This document shows positions 1 to 13,713 of a DNA stretch of 64,000 bases, in pieces (within the stretch, counting starts at the first letter, position 1; each line of letters begins with the position of its first letter). Origin of the DNA: Octopus sinensis (taxonomy: Eukaryota); NCBI RefSeq assembly GCF_006345805.1, contig NC_043001.1, forward strand, positions 31,868,001 through 31,932,000, read 5' to 3'. The notes under the pieces were generated by a model. That model did not search any database, was not told where the DNA came from, and saw nothing but the letters and a program-made list of their open reading frames with translations. Both the position numbers and the translations under genes were made by a program.

Positions 1-201
1 AATTAAATAAACATCATTTTTTGATTAGAGTAACATCCAACATCCTAGAAAACTAGGTTAGCATCTGAAAGGCTAGCTCCACTCTTCAGGACCAGAAAAT
101 ATCTCACCCTCCAACAGCAGCTGAGGCTCCAACCTCAAGTGAGGTCCACACTTACATACATACATATATACATACATACATACATACACACACACACATA
201 T

Positions 202-247
<46 letters not shown>

Positions 248-603
248 TATATATATATATGTACGTGTGTGTGTGTATATGTATATATATCCTTAAATTT
301 CAATTATGTGAAACGTTTTTGAGTGTGCTCATAAAAAGCTCCTGTGCTATTTATTTCGGTTACTGCCTATTATTCCCATCTTCCAGAGTAATTTTATGGG
401 ATGGTAATTCGTCTGGTGCCGCTATAGCGAAGGATGACTATAACAAGAATTTTTGAACGGAAATTTAATTCATTGCTACGTACGTATCCACAAACCACAT
501 ATTTCTGTTGCTGTGTTCCCCATTCATGGAAACGTATGTAGCAATGCATTGGAGGATTTGTGAATTTCCATTCAAAAGTCCTAGTATATATATAATATAT
601 ATA

Positions 604-643
<40 letters not shown>

Positions 644-675
644 GTACACACATACATGAGTATTATATATATATA

Positions 676-1095
676 GGCACAGGAGTGTCTGTGTGGTAAG
701 TAGCTTGCGTACCAACCACATGGTTCCGGGTTCATTCCCACCGCGTGGCACCTTGGGCAAGTATCTTCTACTATATACCCTCGGGCCGACCAAAAGCTTG
801 TAAGTGGATTTGGTAGACGGAATCTGAAAGAAGCCCGTCGTATATGTGTGTATATATATATATATGTGTGTGTGTGAATATGTTTGTGTGTCTATGTTTG
901 TCCCCCCCCCCACCATCGCTTGACAACCGATGCTGGTGTGTTTACGTCCCCGTAACTTAACGGTTCGGCAAAAGAGACCGATAGAATAAGTACTAGGCTT
1001 ACAAAGAATAAGTCCTGTGGTCGATTTGCGCTACTATAAGCGGTGCTCCAGCATGGTCGCAGTCAAATGACTGAAACAAGTAAAAGAGTAAAAGA
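676..1095 (+). mobile_element. tRNA-derived SINE, family A (full length)
   Basis: A-box-like head (gtgtctgtgtggtaag), B-box-like ggttcattccc, caccttgggcaag, internal TA/TG microsatellite, tail gcggtgctccagcatggtcgcagtcaaatgactgaaacaagtaaaaga; about 10 copies in the window on both strands. Confidence 0.9.
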
Positions 1096-1366
1096 TATAT
1101 ATACACACACGCACGTACACACACACACGCACCCCCCCCCACGCGCACACACACACACACACACACATATGTATACAGGTATACATACATGCATATATGT
1201 GTATGACACTATCAAAGGGCAATTTTCCAAAAAGAAGCGATCTTAATTTTTTTAACATACAGAATTTATTAGATGCAGTACTAAAAACACTTGGAAAGCA
1301 TTCCAAGTGGGTTATAATCAAAGCAATGATTTAAACGTCCAATCAGCAAGACGAATACATGTTATA

Positions 1367-1879
1367 TCTATATATATAAAACTATAGTTGTGTGAGTGTC
1401 TGTCTCCTACGATTTAGATTCCTAACTCCTCCCACATTTTGCGGTGCAGTTTAACCAAATTCGGGTATCTTATAGTCGTGATTAATATCGAGCCTGTCTG
1501 GCTATTAGCGCGCGTCTACGATGAGTCTACGATTTTAAAAATAATTTAACATCATTTTTTATTCCATTTTAATGCATAATCTTTCGTGTGTCGATGGCGG
1601 CGGAGTTGGCGTCCATGGTCACACCTGCACCTGTTTGCTTCTCCTCCTTCTTCCCTCCCTCGTGAAGCTGTGGGGAAGGGAGTTTAAGGAAATCAACGTC
1701 GTAATGCGTTGTCAAGGAGACCAGCGTTCTTTTAGAACAACGACTTCATGGCTTGAAGACACCAAAACAGAAATGGCTAAGAAAGCCCGAATTGGCATCT
1801 ATAAAGGAAGTAACTCTCTAAAAATGCTTATATAGTTATTTCCCTTACAAACACGAGCAACGCCGGGCGATACTGCTAG
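1367..1879 (+). mobile_element. Non-autonomous Helitron
   Basis: A|TCTATATATATAAA 5' end; 3' GC-rich hairpin gcaacgccgggcgatactgc then CTAG|T; no TSD; homologous to 21743-22135. Confidence 0.8.
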
Positions 1880-2571
1880 TTCTTTCTAATTCTAACAGAG
1901 CTTCATAATTCAAATGAGGTTAATTTTGATACAAAATTAATTTTTAAAGGATGTTAATGTTCAAATAAGATAAGACATAGGCGTGTTCTATAAACTAAAA
2001 ACACTGACCTCTGAGAACATAAGGAGGGCATTCTCTTACAGAATTTGTTAACCCAGAACATTTTTGTTGACCCTTTACAATATTTAAAGGTCATTATTAT
2101 CGGGGCGCTACACATTCAAGAAACTGAAGATCAATAGGCAGACTAAGGTGGCAGTGTGCGAATCTATTCAACTGTTCTTTACTAAAGCCAGCTGTTTGTT
2201 AAAACCCACTGCTTATTGAAGGTCTTTCAAAATGCTTAGTTAAAAATCGTTCAGTATGGTACTTTTCCTTTCACAAAAAGAACTGCGTGGGTGGGGAGAG
2301 TTGTATAAACAAAGCTTTGCCGTTGTGTTGTCATTGTTGTTGTTGTTGTTGTTGTTGTTATTGTCCAGCTCAGGAAAAGTAAAAAAAAAAAAGAAATAAA
2401 GAGAAGGAAGAAAACAAATGAAATAAAACGCCCTTCAGTGCTTCGGTGCTGCCATTTCTGGGCGTATACAAGAATAAAATAACTGGGTGTGACTTTGCTG
2501 TTAGTAAAATTTCTAATGTTGCTTGTTTAGGTAGGTGATGCATAAATAAAATATACGACTCACCTCCTTCT

Positions 2572-2572
<1 letters not shown>

Positions 2573-2621
<49 letters not shown>

Positions 2622-2667
2622 GAAAATAGAAAGATAGACCGATAGATAAATAGACAGATAGATAGAG

Positions 2668-2706
<39 letters not shown>

Positions 2707-2712
2707 GGGGAA
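2573..2712. repeat. (GA)n/(GATA)n compound microsatellite
   Basis: Direct reading. Confidence 0.95.
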
Positions 2713-2874
2713 GAAAAAGAGAAGGAGCGTGAGATAGAGAGAGAAGAAAAACAAGAGAAGTGAAACAGATATTAACATAGATGGACAAAGAGATAGATAG
2801 CTAGAAATAGATAGGAACAGAAAGCTCGCAGTATATACACAAGCATGTTTATACGTACAAAAATATCTTTATGC

Positions 2875-2877
2875 ATG

Positions 2878-2912
<35 letters not shown>

Positions 2913-2927
2913 CATACACACACACAC

Positions 2928-2966
<39 letters not shown>

Positions 2967-3170
2967 ATCTTTATGCGTGTATGTGCACAGATTAATGTAT
3001 GTATGTATGTATGTATGTATATATGTACATGTGTGTGTTTATGTGTGTATGTATGTATGCGTATGTATGTATATATGTATATATATGATATATATGCGTG
3101 CATGTATGTATAAGTGTGCGTCTGTGTGAGAGTGTATTTGTATGTGGGAGGCAATTAGATAGATAGACAG

Positions 3171-3233
<63 letters not shown>

Positions 3234-3240
3234 GTGAGGC

Positions 3241-3300
<60 letters not shown>
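2875..3300. repeat. Compound TA/TG/TATG/GA microsatellite
   Basis: Direct reading; explains the overlapping Y/I/H/T-rich ORFs. Confidence 0.95.
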
Positions 3301-3303
<3 letters not shown>

Positions 3304-3659
3304 TATGTGACAATTTGATGCAAATTCCTATTCGGGTATCTGCTGGGAAGTTGACGAAGTCTTTTTTTTTTTTTCTTTTCTAAAATTAATAAGCAGGTTA
3401 AAATTAAACCTTTCTTTGGATAGAATTTAAAAAAAACAACAACAAAAAAACAACAAAATAGACATTGTGCCTTTAATCTTTTGCGCTTATCATAGAGGTA
3501 AATGAGTCTGTTGTACTGGATAAACCCAAAAAAACTAACAAGAAAGAATTTTAAAAAACCACCTCCCTAGCCCTCAAAACAACACTTCTCTGTTTTTTCT
3601 TAATTTTTTTTAAAAACATTGAATGACAAAAAACACAATTATAGATCTCAATCATAGAT

Positions 3660-3715
3660 ATTGTACGTACGTATGTACGTATATACGCATGTATGTATGT
3701 ATGCATTTATGTATG

Positions 3716-3764
<49 letters not shown>

Positions 3765-4252
3765 CATAAATAAATGCATACATACATATATATTTAGAAT
3801 ATATACTTACATATATTTAATATATATGTATGTATATGTATGTATATATATATATATGTGTATATATATGTGTATATATATATAAATGCGTGTGTGTGTG
3901 TAGTGCAAATATAGGATATATTATATATATATATTGTATAAATTTTCGATGTAAGTAACATATATAAATATTATATATATCCGAAATTTATACAATATAT
4001 TTATTCTACGCACACATATATACATGCACATACTTACATAGGTATATATATATATATACACATACATAGGTATTTATGTATATATACACATACATACATA
4101 GGTATTTATGTAATTATACACATACATATATATATATATATGCATATACATATATACACACACGCATATATATATATATACATATATATATGCATATATA
4201 TGTGTGTGTATATATGTATATATATAGATATGTATGTATATGTATATGCATA

Positions 4253-4284
<32 letters not shown>

Positions 4285-4366
4285 CATATATATATTTATA
4301 CATATGCATATATTATACATGTATATAAACATATATATGCATATACACATATATGTATACATATTC

Positions 4367-4401
<35 letters not shown>

Positions 4402-4760
4402 CATATACCTATATATATATACACAAAAATACATATATATATACATATGTATATGTATGTATATATATATATATACATATATATACATATATATACATAT
4501 ATATACATGCGTATATCTATCTATACACATACACGCACACACATATATATACATCTTTTACTTGTTTCAGTAATTTAACTGCGGCCATGCTTGAGCGTAT
4601 ATATATATATATACTTACATATTCTGCACATACACACGCAATATATACATAAATTCATACTTATATGCATACATACATACACACGCACACATACGTACGC
4701 AATTATATATACAAATATATAGATACATACATATGTATGTATAAATGTATGTACGTATGT
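3660..4760. repeat. Degenerate TA/CATA microsatellite field
   Basis: Direct reading; source of the ORFs at 4076-4652. Confidence 0.95.
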
Positions 4761-5771
4761 ACTACATGCAAACTATAAATCTCTGAAACACAGTTCACAA
4801 CGTTAATGAGATCCATCATCAAAGATTCTTTTACACTTGGTTCCCGCTCGTCTTCTCAAAGTGACGAATGGTAGCAACATCACTTAGTTGCCCCCTCATT
4901 AAAATTACATATTTTTTCTTACGTGTTTGATTTTTTTGTCTGTTAAAAGAGCGTGAACAAATACCTCCCCACCCCTGTGTGTGTGTGTCTCTCTCTCTCT
5001 TTCTTTCTCCCACCCTACATCCATTTCATGCTACTGGAACGGAACACAGCTTTAATGGTCGCCCATAATTAGTTAATAGAACCGATGAGAAGAATAATTT
5101 AGAAAATATAAAAAAAAATGAAGACAAACATCAAAAAGAACAACGACAACAGCAACACCACCAACAGCTAGAATAACAGCAACAACAATAACAACATCAA
5201 CAACAACAAATGACAAAGCAAGAATGCAAACACCAAACCAAATCAAAGCCAGGATAAAGATTAAGTTGGAAAAATAACCAATTTCAGTTCAAGTCACAGT
5301 TTATGTACTGATTCGCTGAATCTGGAGATCGAACTTGCCGAACAGATTGGGTTTCACGCAAAAATAGAAATAAAATAAAGATAAAGAATAAAAATTCTCA
5401 TTTCGCTATACGTCTTAGTTCATCTAATTCCATTTTACCTTTGATCAGAGTTCTGTGTGAATTGGAGGTTCGAATTACTAATTTATATACCCATTATATC
5501 AAATGCTTTTCAAAGTGCAGTCGTGACAAGATAGATGAGATTTGCACTAACGGTCGTGAAACATCAGGATTAATATTATATACATAAATGTGTTTATTTA
5601 TAAATTGGACCCCCACCATTATCCACTAGACACCAGCATCAGTATAACACTAACACTCACTTCAACAGTAAGACCGCCACCACAATCACTACCATCAACA
5701 TCACCACCATTGCCATCAAAATAAAATCGGCCTCCGACTCATTAAATTCTCGCTAACGAAAAGCATAGAAT

Positions 5772-6168
5772 GGTTGGCAGCAGGCGGCAGAATTGGTACC
5801 GCGTACGACAAAATGCATTCCTGTATTTTTCCGTTCTGAGTTCAAATTCTCCTACGGTGAACTTTTATCTTTTTATCTTTTCGAAGTTGATAAAATAAAG
5901 CGCTGGTTAAATACTGCGATCGATGGCATCAGCTTCCTCTCCTCAAATGATCACGTACCAATATCTGGAACCATTATTAGTATTATTTCATAAAAGCGAC
6001 GATTTAACAGAATCTGTTGTGCGACGAACAGAATGTTTTGCGGCTTTTCTACCAGCCCTTTACGTTCTGAGCTCAAATTCTATCGAGGTTGACTTTACTG
6101 CTTATACTTCAGGGTCGTTAAAATAAGTGTCAGTCAAGTATAGGGGTCAATATAACCGACTAAACTCC
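5772..6168 (+). mobile_element. Two degenerate SINE family B head fragments
   Basis: cgttctgagttcaaattc and cgttctgagctcaaattctatcgaggttgacttt match the family B body. Confidence 0.6.
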
Positions 6169-6294
6169 CTTTTAAAACTGATGTCCATGTACCACAATCT
6201 GAAACTAATATTAGCATTATTATCATATAATCTGTAAGTTGGCAGAATGATTTGCGCGTCGGTCAGAATGTTTCGTGACATTTTTATCTGCCCT

Positions 6295-6712
6295 TTACGT
6301 ACCTCTGCATCTCCTTCCACGGTCTTTTTGTTCCGTCGGTAATATATCGTTCTCATCAAGAAATTTGTACAGTTCTGCTATTTCTCCTACCAGTAACTTC
6401 CACATTAACGGGAGGCAAGAAATTGGCCTGTAATTTGGTGCATCCTCCAGACACAACACCGTCCATCCTTTTGTCAACCAACCCGGGATTTCTTCTTCTC
6501 CATTGATCAAGGCATTAAATTGCTCTGCGATCAATTTATTGCACCTACTGAACTTGTTTTTATCCAAAATCCCTGTATACCATCAGGTCCTGCTTCTTTC
6601 CATTTGCTTATCTTTTTACTCATATTTCTGATACTGTCTTCTGTGAAGTGGATAGCCTCTTGCTGGGGATAAGAAGCTGTTTGCTTCAGGCTGCAGAGCC
6701 ATTCAACTGTAA
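6295..6712 (-). mobile_element. Dong/R4-clade LINE, reverse transcriptase N-terminal fragment (frameshifted)
   Basis: Minus strand reads [27 protein letters not shown] / [49 protein letters not shown], typical R4/Dong RT motifs; 5' junction abuts a (TAA)n tract. Confidence 0.85.
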
Positions 6713-6720
6713 TATTATTG

Positions 6721-6765
<45 letters not shown>

Positions 6766-6790
6766 TATTATTATTATTATTATTATTCGA
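6713..6790. repeat. (ATT)n microsatellite
   Basis: Direct reading. Confidence 0.95.
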
Positions 6791-8493
6791 TATTGAGCTC
6801 GCTGTTCAGGCGTATTTTTCAAATCAGTTCTCGATATCCTGGATTCTAGCAAGCTCACGTAGCACGAAAAGAAGAATTTTCAAATTGATTTCATACAAAT
6901 ATTTTCTACTGGACTATCTGGAAGTCTACCTCGTATGGGATATTACAACATAGTTATTCTTTAAAAAATACTCCGTTTTTCTCACACCTCAAACATTTTT
7001 GTCAAATATGGCATCCGTTACATGGGAGAACACCACAGAATAGAATAAAGTAACTCGTAAACAAACAGTCAAAAGCTAAAACAAATATAAGTGTCTGAAA
7101 AATTACTAATTTTAAAGAAAAAAAATATGACTGCTGTGCAAATAATAAAAAAGAAGAGAAAACATAAAATTACAAGCAAGTCTTTTGACAACAGCAAAAG
7201 AAATATCATTCGCAAATATACATGTATTTTCTAAGACGAAACTGTTGCGAATTCAAATCTGGTAACATCGTTCGCAACTATTCTCTTAAAGCCGAGAAAC
7301 CTGGACACGAATCATTGCACGGAGAGGATAAATGCATGAAAGCGTTTTATAACGAAAACGTAAACTTCTCTTCCTGGTCCTATTTCCCATGCACATAAGA
7401 AGAGAAAATATCATAACCCTTTTTGCTAAGACCAGAAAAAACTTTCCTGAAAGTCTTTTAGGCGCAAATAGAGACAGTCGTCTAAGTTAGATGGAATGAG
7501 ATCTCTTTCGTTGGCAGAGACAGATTTGGGACGATAGGCATCATTTTCAAAACTAGTACCGGAGCGAAAGCACAAGCTCAAATAGCCCGAGACACACAGC
7601 TGTCCATAAAATGATTATATAATAATTTTGGATTGAGAAACACGAAGCTCGCCATCAAGGACGATACTAACTTCTTGATTGTGGTCATTACCGTGATGCA
7701 ATATGCATGTGTAGTCAGTGCTAATATAATTTTTAGTTAAATGTAGTTTTGTGTGCTCACTATAGACAAGTTCTCATGATATTGCAAATTCCAGAGTTGT
7801 GATCTGTGGTGTGTCCCAAGAAGAGATCTTCAAGATCAATGATACAAGGTTAAAAATTCATGCTACACATGTGGCAGTAAATGTAATTAAAGGGTTTGAG
7901 GTAAGGAAACCAGCTATAAAAGCAGCAAGACTGGAAGACTTCTGATTCTAAGGTGACACTGGGTGCAACTCTGAAGGCTTTGAAAAAATCACTGCGCCTT
8001 CATCTCCAGAAATTAACCGGGTTTTTAAGAAGTTGTCTTCCTTAAGTCATTGCTGTACAAAAACAATAACAACAGGTGGATAGTGATGACATGAATAACC
8101 ATCCCTTTATCCACTTGTGAGGATAGGAAGCCGATGGAAGTCAAAGAGGAGTGGAAGATCTCTGAAAAGGAAGCAATGAACCCCTAAATGTATTAAGAAG
8201 GTAATTAAAAAATGCGAGGAGGAGTGTATTCACTCCTTCATACTTTTTTTTTTTTTTTACTTAACTTTATATATGAGAGGGATTATTATCTTAAACAAAT
8301 AAATCCTCACTTATAAGGAAGCCAATGAAAGTTACAATATATCTGCATCTCTTCAAAGCACTCTTGATATTATTAATGATTCATTGAAAGGTATTGGTAG
8401 ACAAAATTTCGTTTGGTATGTTTTCCTTTAAGAAATCGGTTATTATTATATAAGTGCTGAAATACGGAAGCTTTATAGAAAGAGTTATTTACG

Positions 8494-8567
<74 letters not shown>

Positions 8568-8699
8568 CGCTCAGTCGAAGTCGACTCTCGGTCACTCGTT
8601 GGATCAGTGTCCTCCAGTCAGTTCTATCCTGGGCCGCTTCTTTCAGATTGGCTATTTTACGTAAAATAGGATAATGATGATAAAAAATCACAACAGCCT

Positions 8700-9400
8700 A
8701 AAAAAAAATAGAAACCGCAAGCTTACTTCGGTCAATGTCCCATTAAGTCTTAATGTGAGAACAAGTACCACTTTTTAGAAAATTTATTAAGTAAATATTT
8801 TCCGAGATAACAAATATTATATAATCAGAAATATTAAATTTCTAAATATCTCATAGAGATATATACGGTGGTGGGGCGATAGAATGGTTGTACACTGTCA
8901 ATTTAACTATATTATATAATATTTAATAAAAATAATATTTAAACTTTAGCTGTACATATAACTTCACCATACAATAGAGGTATAGTTTATGTCCCTCTGC
9001 ATATATGTAATTGCTTTAATTCCATAAATTACGCATTACATAATTCATGTACTTCAAAATAAAAGTATTATGTAAAGTACTAACCACTCTGATAATTCTG
9101 TTTCTAAAGACTATATTGGCATGACTGAGAATCCTTTCAAGTTAAGATTTAGACAACATCGATATTGATTCAGAAAATCCGAAAGACTGCGAGAAACAAG
9201 TTTGTCAATGTCAACCTAACTTTTAAGAAATAATACAATAGACTACATAATTATTTAGAAGATACGGAAGAAGGAGAAACTTTTAACAGGGTAATGACGG
9301 TTGTAGTCTTTACTTTGTAATTCTATCTTAAATACCTATTCAGAACACGTGGTTTGTCGACAGACATCAAGATTTTTACTGCGATATTCAAAGCATAAGA
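8700..9400 (+). mobile_element. Decayed Penelope-like element: linker and GIY-YIG endonuclease remnant
   Basis: Across stops and frameshifts: KNRNRKLTSVNVPLSLNVRT, CNCFNS..SCTSK, DYIGMTENPFKLRFRQHRY*FRKSERLRETSLS (YIG at 9112-9120), LNTYSEHVVCRQTSRFLL, which parallel PLE motifs WFNPPYS / CNC..CPL / YIG.TE..FK.R..H / LNKRSE..CRH..KFLL. Confidence 0.75.
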
Positions 9401-9427
9401 ATGAATCACAGACAGTCTTATAATAAT

Positions 9428-9628
9428 GGTTTCCAATTTTGGCACAAGGCCAGCAATATGAGGAGAGGGAGTAAGTCGATTTCTTCGACCCCAATGTTCG
9501 AATGATACTTCTTTTAACGACCCCGAAAAGATGAAAGGCAAAGTCGGCCTTGGCGGCATTTGAACTCAGAACGTAAATACGCTAAGCATTTAGCCCAGCG
9601 CGGTAACGATCCTGCCTCCTCACTGCCT
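9428..9628 (-). mobile_element. SINE family B (tail variant 2), diverged
   Basis: Matches the family B body; flanked by imperfect direct repeat agacagtctt(a/g)ta(a/g)taat, a likely TSD. Confidence 0.8.
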
Positions 9629-10195
9629 TAGACAGTCTTGTAGTAATATTTCTTTAGTTATCGAAAATAGGACACATAAAAAAATAAAGAACGAAACAAC
9701 TCTAAAGAAATCAACGATATAAATCGGAATTCTTTGTGGAGTTATTCTAAAACGCTTGGTAAATGACCTTTGGGTTGCTTTCTAAAATACTATTGCACTG
9801 TTTGAGCATTAGGCAGCTTCCTAAAAATATCGAGTCAAGTATAAGCAAAGTTATTATATTCAAAAACCTTTGATCGTAACAAATCTGAATTTTCTGTTGC
9901 GCTATTTTAAAAATGACGGCGGATGGACTTTGGTTTATTTAGTTTAATATTGTTTCTCAAATTGATCTTCGGATCTCCGTAACGGTATGTCTTTTTAGAG
10001 ATCGGACATATAATATTAAGCAAAAAATTTTATCGTCGAAAATTATTTTTACTTTCACAATACTGAATTTGCTATTCAATTATTTATTTCAAGGCGACTA
10101 TTGGATGAAATCTGGACTTTCCTCTATGGCACTATTGCGTGGAACTTCATTGTTCACACGCACATTTAAAGAATTTTAATTTCCTTTATTAAAAA

Positions 10196-10751
10196 CTAGC
10201 TGAATAGCCCGTCGTTGCCGGGCAATTTTTACACTAAAATGCCTTGTATAAATTTTTATTTATTCCATGTCAGGCCTTCCCCGACAGATAGGCCTCTTGG
10301 TCAGGAAAAATTTGTGTAATTTTTCGCAAAAAACTTCGATGAGGATTTCTTTTCATTGTAAGTTATTTGCATGACTGTTTGACGTTTCCACTGATTTTAT
10401 TCGTTAAAACTTATTAAAACTTTAGACTTTCCTCCAACTTGGGTCGTCATAATGATTTGCTTACGTTTGTTTAATAAAAATTCCTTTTCGCAGTGAATTT
10501 GCTTTCATTTTGTGATTAGACAGCTATCATGCAGAAAATGCCAGCTTCCAAATCCTGTTTTCTGATTAGGTAAAATGAATTAAACGTTAAACCTCAGTAA
10601 CATTTTTTTTTGCAATTTTTCTGGAACAAATAAATAACAAAATCAGATTTAACGTGATAGATTATTTCAATATACCAACTTTGAAAATTTTGACGTAATT
10701 TTGAAATTTCACAATGTGTGACAGCAACAGGGAAGACCCTTTATAAATAGA
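10196..10751 (-). mobile_element. Non-autonomous Helitron (second family)
   Basis: Minus strand 3' end: hairpin gcccg/cgggc followed by CTAG|T; 5' end TCT(C)TATTTATAAAGGG. Confidence 0.65.
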
Positions 10752-11229
10752 GAGACAGACAGTTATAGAATGTGACACACACACAAACACACACACATTT
10801 ACAAGCGAACACATAGGTAATCATGAGTTTAAAGTGGTGTATAGTAGGCACATGTATGTATGTATGTTTGTACGTATGCATGAATATGTATGGATGTGTG
10901 AGTGTGTGTGTTTATTAGCGATGGACAGCAGAAAAGCCACTTACCTCCTCTTTCTTTAAAGCTACGTATTTCTCACACCAACCTTTCTTTCCTTCCCTCG
11001 GCGTTTTAAAAGATACTAATGTGCATGTGTATGTGTATATGTGTGTGTGTATGCATGTATGTATGTATGTATTTAAGAAAGTATGTATGCAGTGTCACGT
11101 GTATATGACTGCTGTATTAACGTTAACATCTCATTGCCACTCCATATTTGTCACACAACGTTGTGCCTGATATCAGTCACATTCCCTATGCTACTACATT
11201 TCCCTCGCACTAAGACTGTTTGCACCCTT

Positions 11230-11424
11230 CTTATTTTATCATATAATAGCCAACCCTTCTAGTGAGGCCCATTATAGAGTTTTATTGAAATACAATTAGT
11301 TGATAATTGAACTGGATCTTAGTTTAACATGTGTGCAAAGTTTCGTCAAGATTGGTTCACTGGTGTAGGCAGTAACATGGTAACAGTTAGATCGACAGAT
11401 AGAATTGGCTATTTGTGTATAAGA
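11230..11424 (-). mobile_element. Helitron-like 5' fragment
   Basis: Minus strand A|TCTTATACACAAAT..ctgtc..aaccaatcttgacgaaactttgcacacatg resembles Helitron-N 5' modules; no 3' end found. Confidence 0.4.
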
Positions 11425-11943
11425 TAACTTTTTAAAAAATTAACTTCTAGTTAGTTTTTATTCTTTTCTATTTTTATAATTGATCATTTATATATTGATA
11501 TATATTAATATTGGTGTATGTGATCCATTAGCTCCTTATTGCTTGTATTTATGGTAGTGCAGTTAATTCTTTTTGTTCGTATTCTAACTCTGTGTATGTG
11601 TGTGTGAATTAGGCTCTGCGTGTGTTTATAATGGTGGTGCCAGTGATAGTGGTGGTGGTGGTTGTGGGGATCTATCTTTGATGAAGGTATTGATAATACA
11701 TGTCTAGTTGTTGCTGGGGGTTGGTGTTTGTGTATGCTCAAAAGCATTTCTTCCCATCTCCCAGTTTTCGCTGAAATGCTTTTGTTTCTTGTTTTTGGGA
11801 TTTAAATCCCGATCGAAAAGTGAGGTTTGATGTGAAATGGTGGCATTTGAACTCTCCATAAAGATCCAGAACACACTAAGGCACTTCCTTCGCCCAATGC
11901 TCTTAATGATTTCGTCACACCGCTACACTTATTCTTAAATATA

Positions 11944-12509
11944 TTGGGTTGTCCGGAAAGTTCGTGCCGATTTTTAAGAGAAAGAAAAAGGTCAATAAAT
12001 ACTTGCCATTACATTTTTAATCAACCAAATATGAACCATTTTGTTGCATAATACATCTCCATATTTCCTTTAACTTGAAAATACCCTCTTCTCAGAATTA
12101 AGGTGGTTTCATGGAAAAGATTCATCAAGGTATCTTTTTACGTCATCCAAAGAATTGAAATTTTTACCATTAAGACTATTCTGTACAGACCTGAATAAGT
12201 GGAAATCCGAAGGAGTAATATCTAGTGAATATGGAGGGTGGGGTAACACATCCCAGCCGAGCTGCAGCAATTTTTGTCTGGTTCCCAAAGCATCAAGTGC
12301 CGAAAATAAACTTTCTTATCTTCCATTTAAAAGGGTTACAGAATTAACACAGGTTATAGGAACATAAACCATCTTCCGTGAAAAGATAGCTTAAACTGTG
12401 CTTTAATTGGAGGTGTAGTCAAATCCTATTTTATGGTCTCAACCATGTTCTAAAATAATTCGAAAGGTAAGCTACTATAAATCGGCACGAACTTTCCGGG
12501 CAACTCAAT
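11944..12509 (-). mobile_element. Internally deleted mariner element with both TIRs
   Basis: ~30-bp TIRs ttgggttgtccggaaagttcgtgccgattt / aaatcggcacgaactttccggggcaactcaa, TA on both sides; minus strand encodes transposase C-terminus GWDVLPHPPYSLDITPSDFHLFRSVQNSL..EGIFKL..QQNGSYLVD*. Confidence 0.9.
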
Positions 12510-13023
12510 ACTATGCAAGTAAAAAAGTTAGGGTGGTCACAGTTTGAATGCATTTGATCATAGGTCTGCTAGACGAGAGCTGACCGCGGGCTAAAAAACA
12601 ACAACAATACTAAGATGACTAGGAACAAAAATGATTGGCATTTAATCTATGACGTTGGAAATACGGAAAGCGAAGCCGACCTCAGTATGGTTTTAAAAAT
12701 ATATACATATATTTTCCTAGTGATAGCGAATACTTCACATACCAGTACTATATATTACAAAGACTAGCTTTCTTCTGTAAAGGAAGAAAATACATCATCT
12801 CCGAACAGCAGCCAATTGTTTATGGAGCATATACAACTTACATCTGAGATAGTGCGTCTGTGACGCGCGGGCGTGTCCTTTCGCATTCACTCACACATGT
12901 AGATAAATACATCGGCATACGTATGAAAACATGTCTTGCACACATAGTTTCACATACACACAACACATACACACACACGTATAAATACACACATATATTT
13001 AACTCTCTCATTATTTCTCTCTC

Positions 13024-13081
<58 letters not shown>

Positions 13082-13340
13082 CGGATGTATATATATATTA
13101 CAAAACACATCACAAGATTATACTTATCAACTTCAGCACTCTGACCCACTGTGTCTATTTAACTACTTATCTACCTATATATATTCAATATCTATTTATG
13201 CTTCTTATTTGCACATGTACATGCACGAATATGTACGTATACATGTGAATGTAGATATAAATACACATATTCATACTCACATATATTACATATATGTGAA
13301 TGTATATACACGTATATATACACATGCATACTTTATATGG

Positions 13341-13713
13341 TTACTCTTTTACTTGTTTCAGTCATTTGACTGCAGCCATGTTGGAGCACCGCCTTTAGTC
13401 GAGCAAAACAACTCCCGGACTTATTCTTTGTAAGCCTAGTAGTTATTCTATATCGGTCACTTTTGCCGAACCGCTAAGTTACGGGGATGTAAACACACCA
13501 GTATCGGTTGTCAAGCGATGTTGGGGGGACGGAAAAACACAGACACACAAACACACACCCATATATATATACAGTTTCCGTCTACCAAGTCCACTCACAA
13601 GGCTTTGGTCGGCCCGAGGCTATAGTAGAAGTCACTTGCCCAAGGTGCCACGCAGTGGGACTGAACCCGGAACCATGTGGTTGGTAATCAAGCTACTTAC
13701 CACATAGCCACTC
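13341..13713 (-). mobile_element. SINE family A
   Basis: Reverse complement of the 676-1095 family. Confidence 0.9.

Noticed and set aside
30-152. LINE RT fragment (PHL..ASAV-like) on the minus strand; a similar weak SILDYYAVW at about 19500-19600
   Set aside because: Requires several frameshifts over a few residues; too weak without an alignment.
4076-4652. Long ORFs rich in Y/I/H/T/C/V (also 30161-30721, 32742-33615, 53460-54303 and others)
   Set aside because: Translations of TA/CA/TG microsatellites, which lack stop codons by construction.
7260-8200. Degenerate DNA-transposon coding remnant (Cys-rich fragments, GKETSYKSSK)
   Set aside because: Suggestive of a piggyBac C-terminal domain but no consistent frame or catalytic motifs could be reconstructed.
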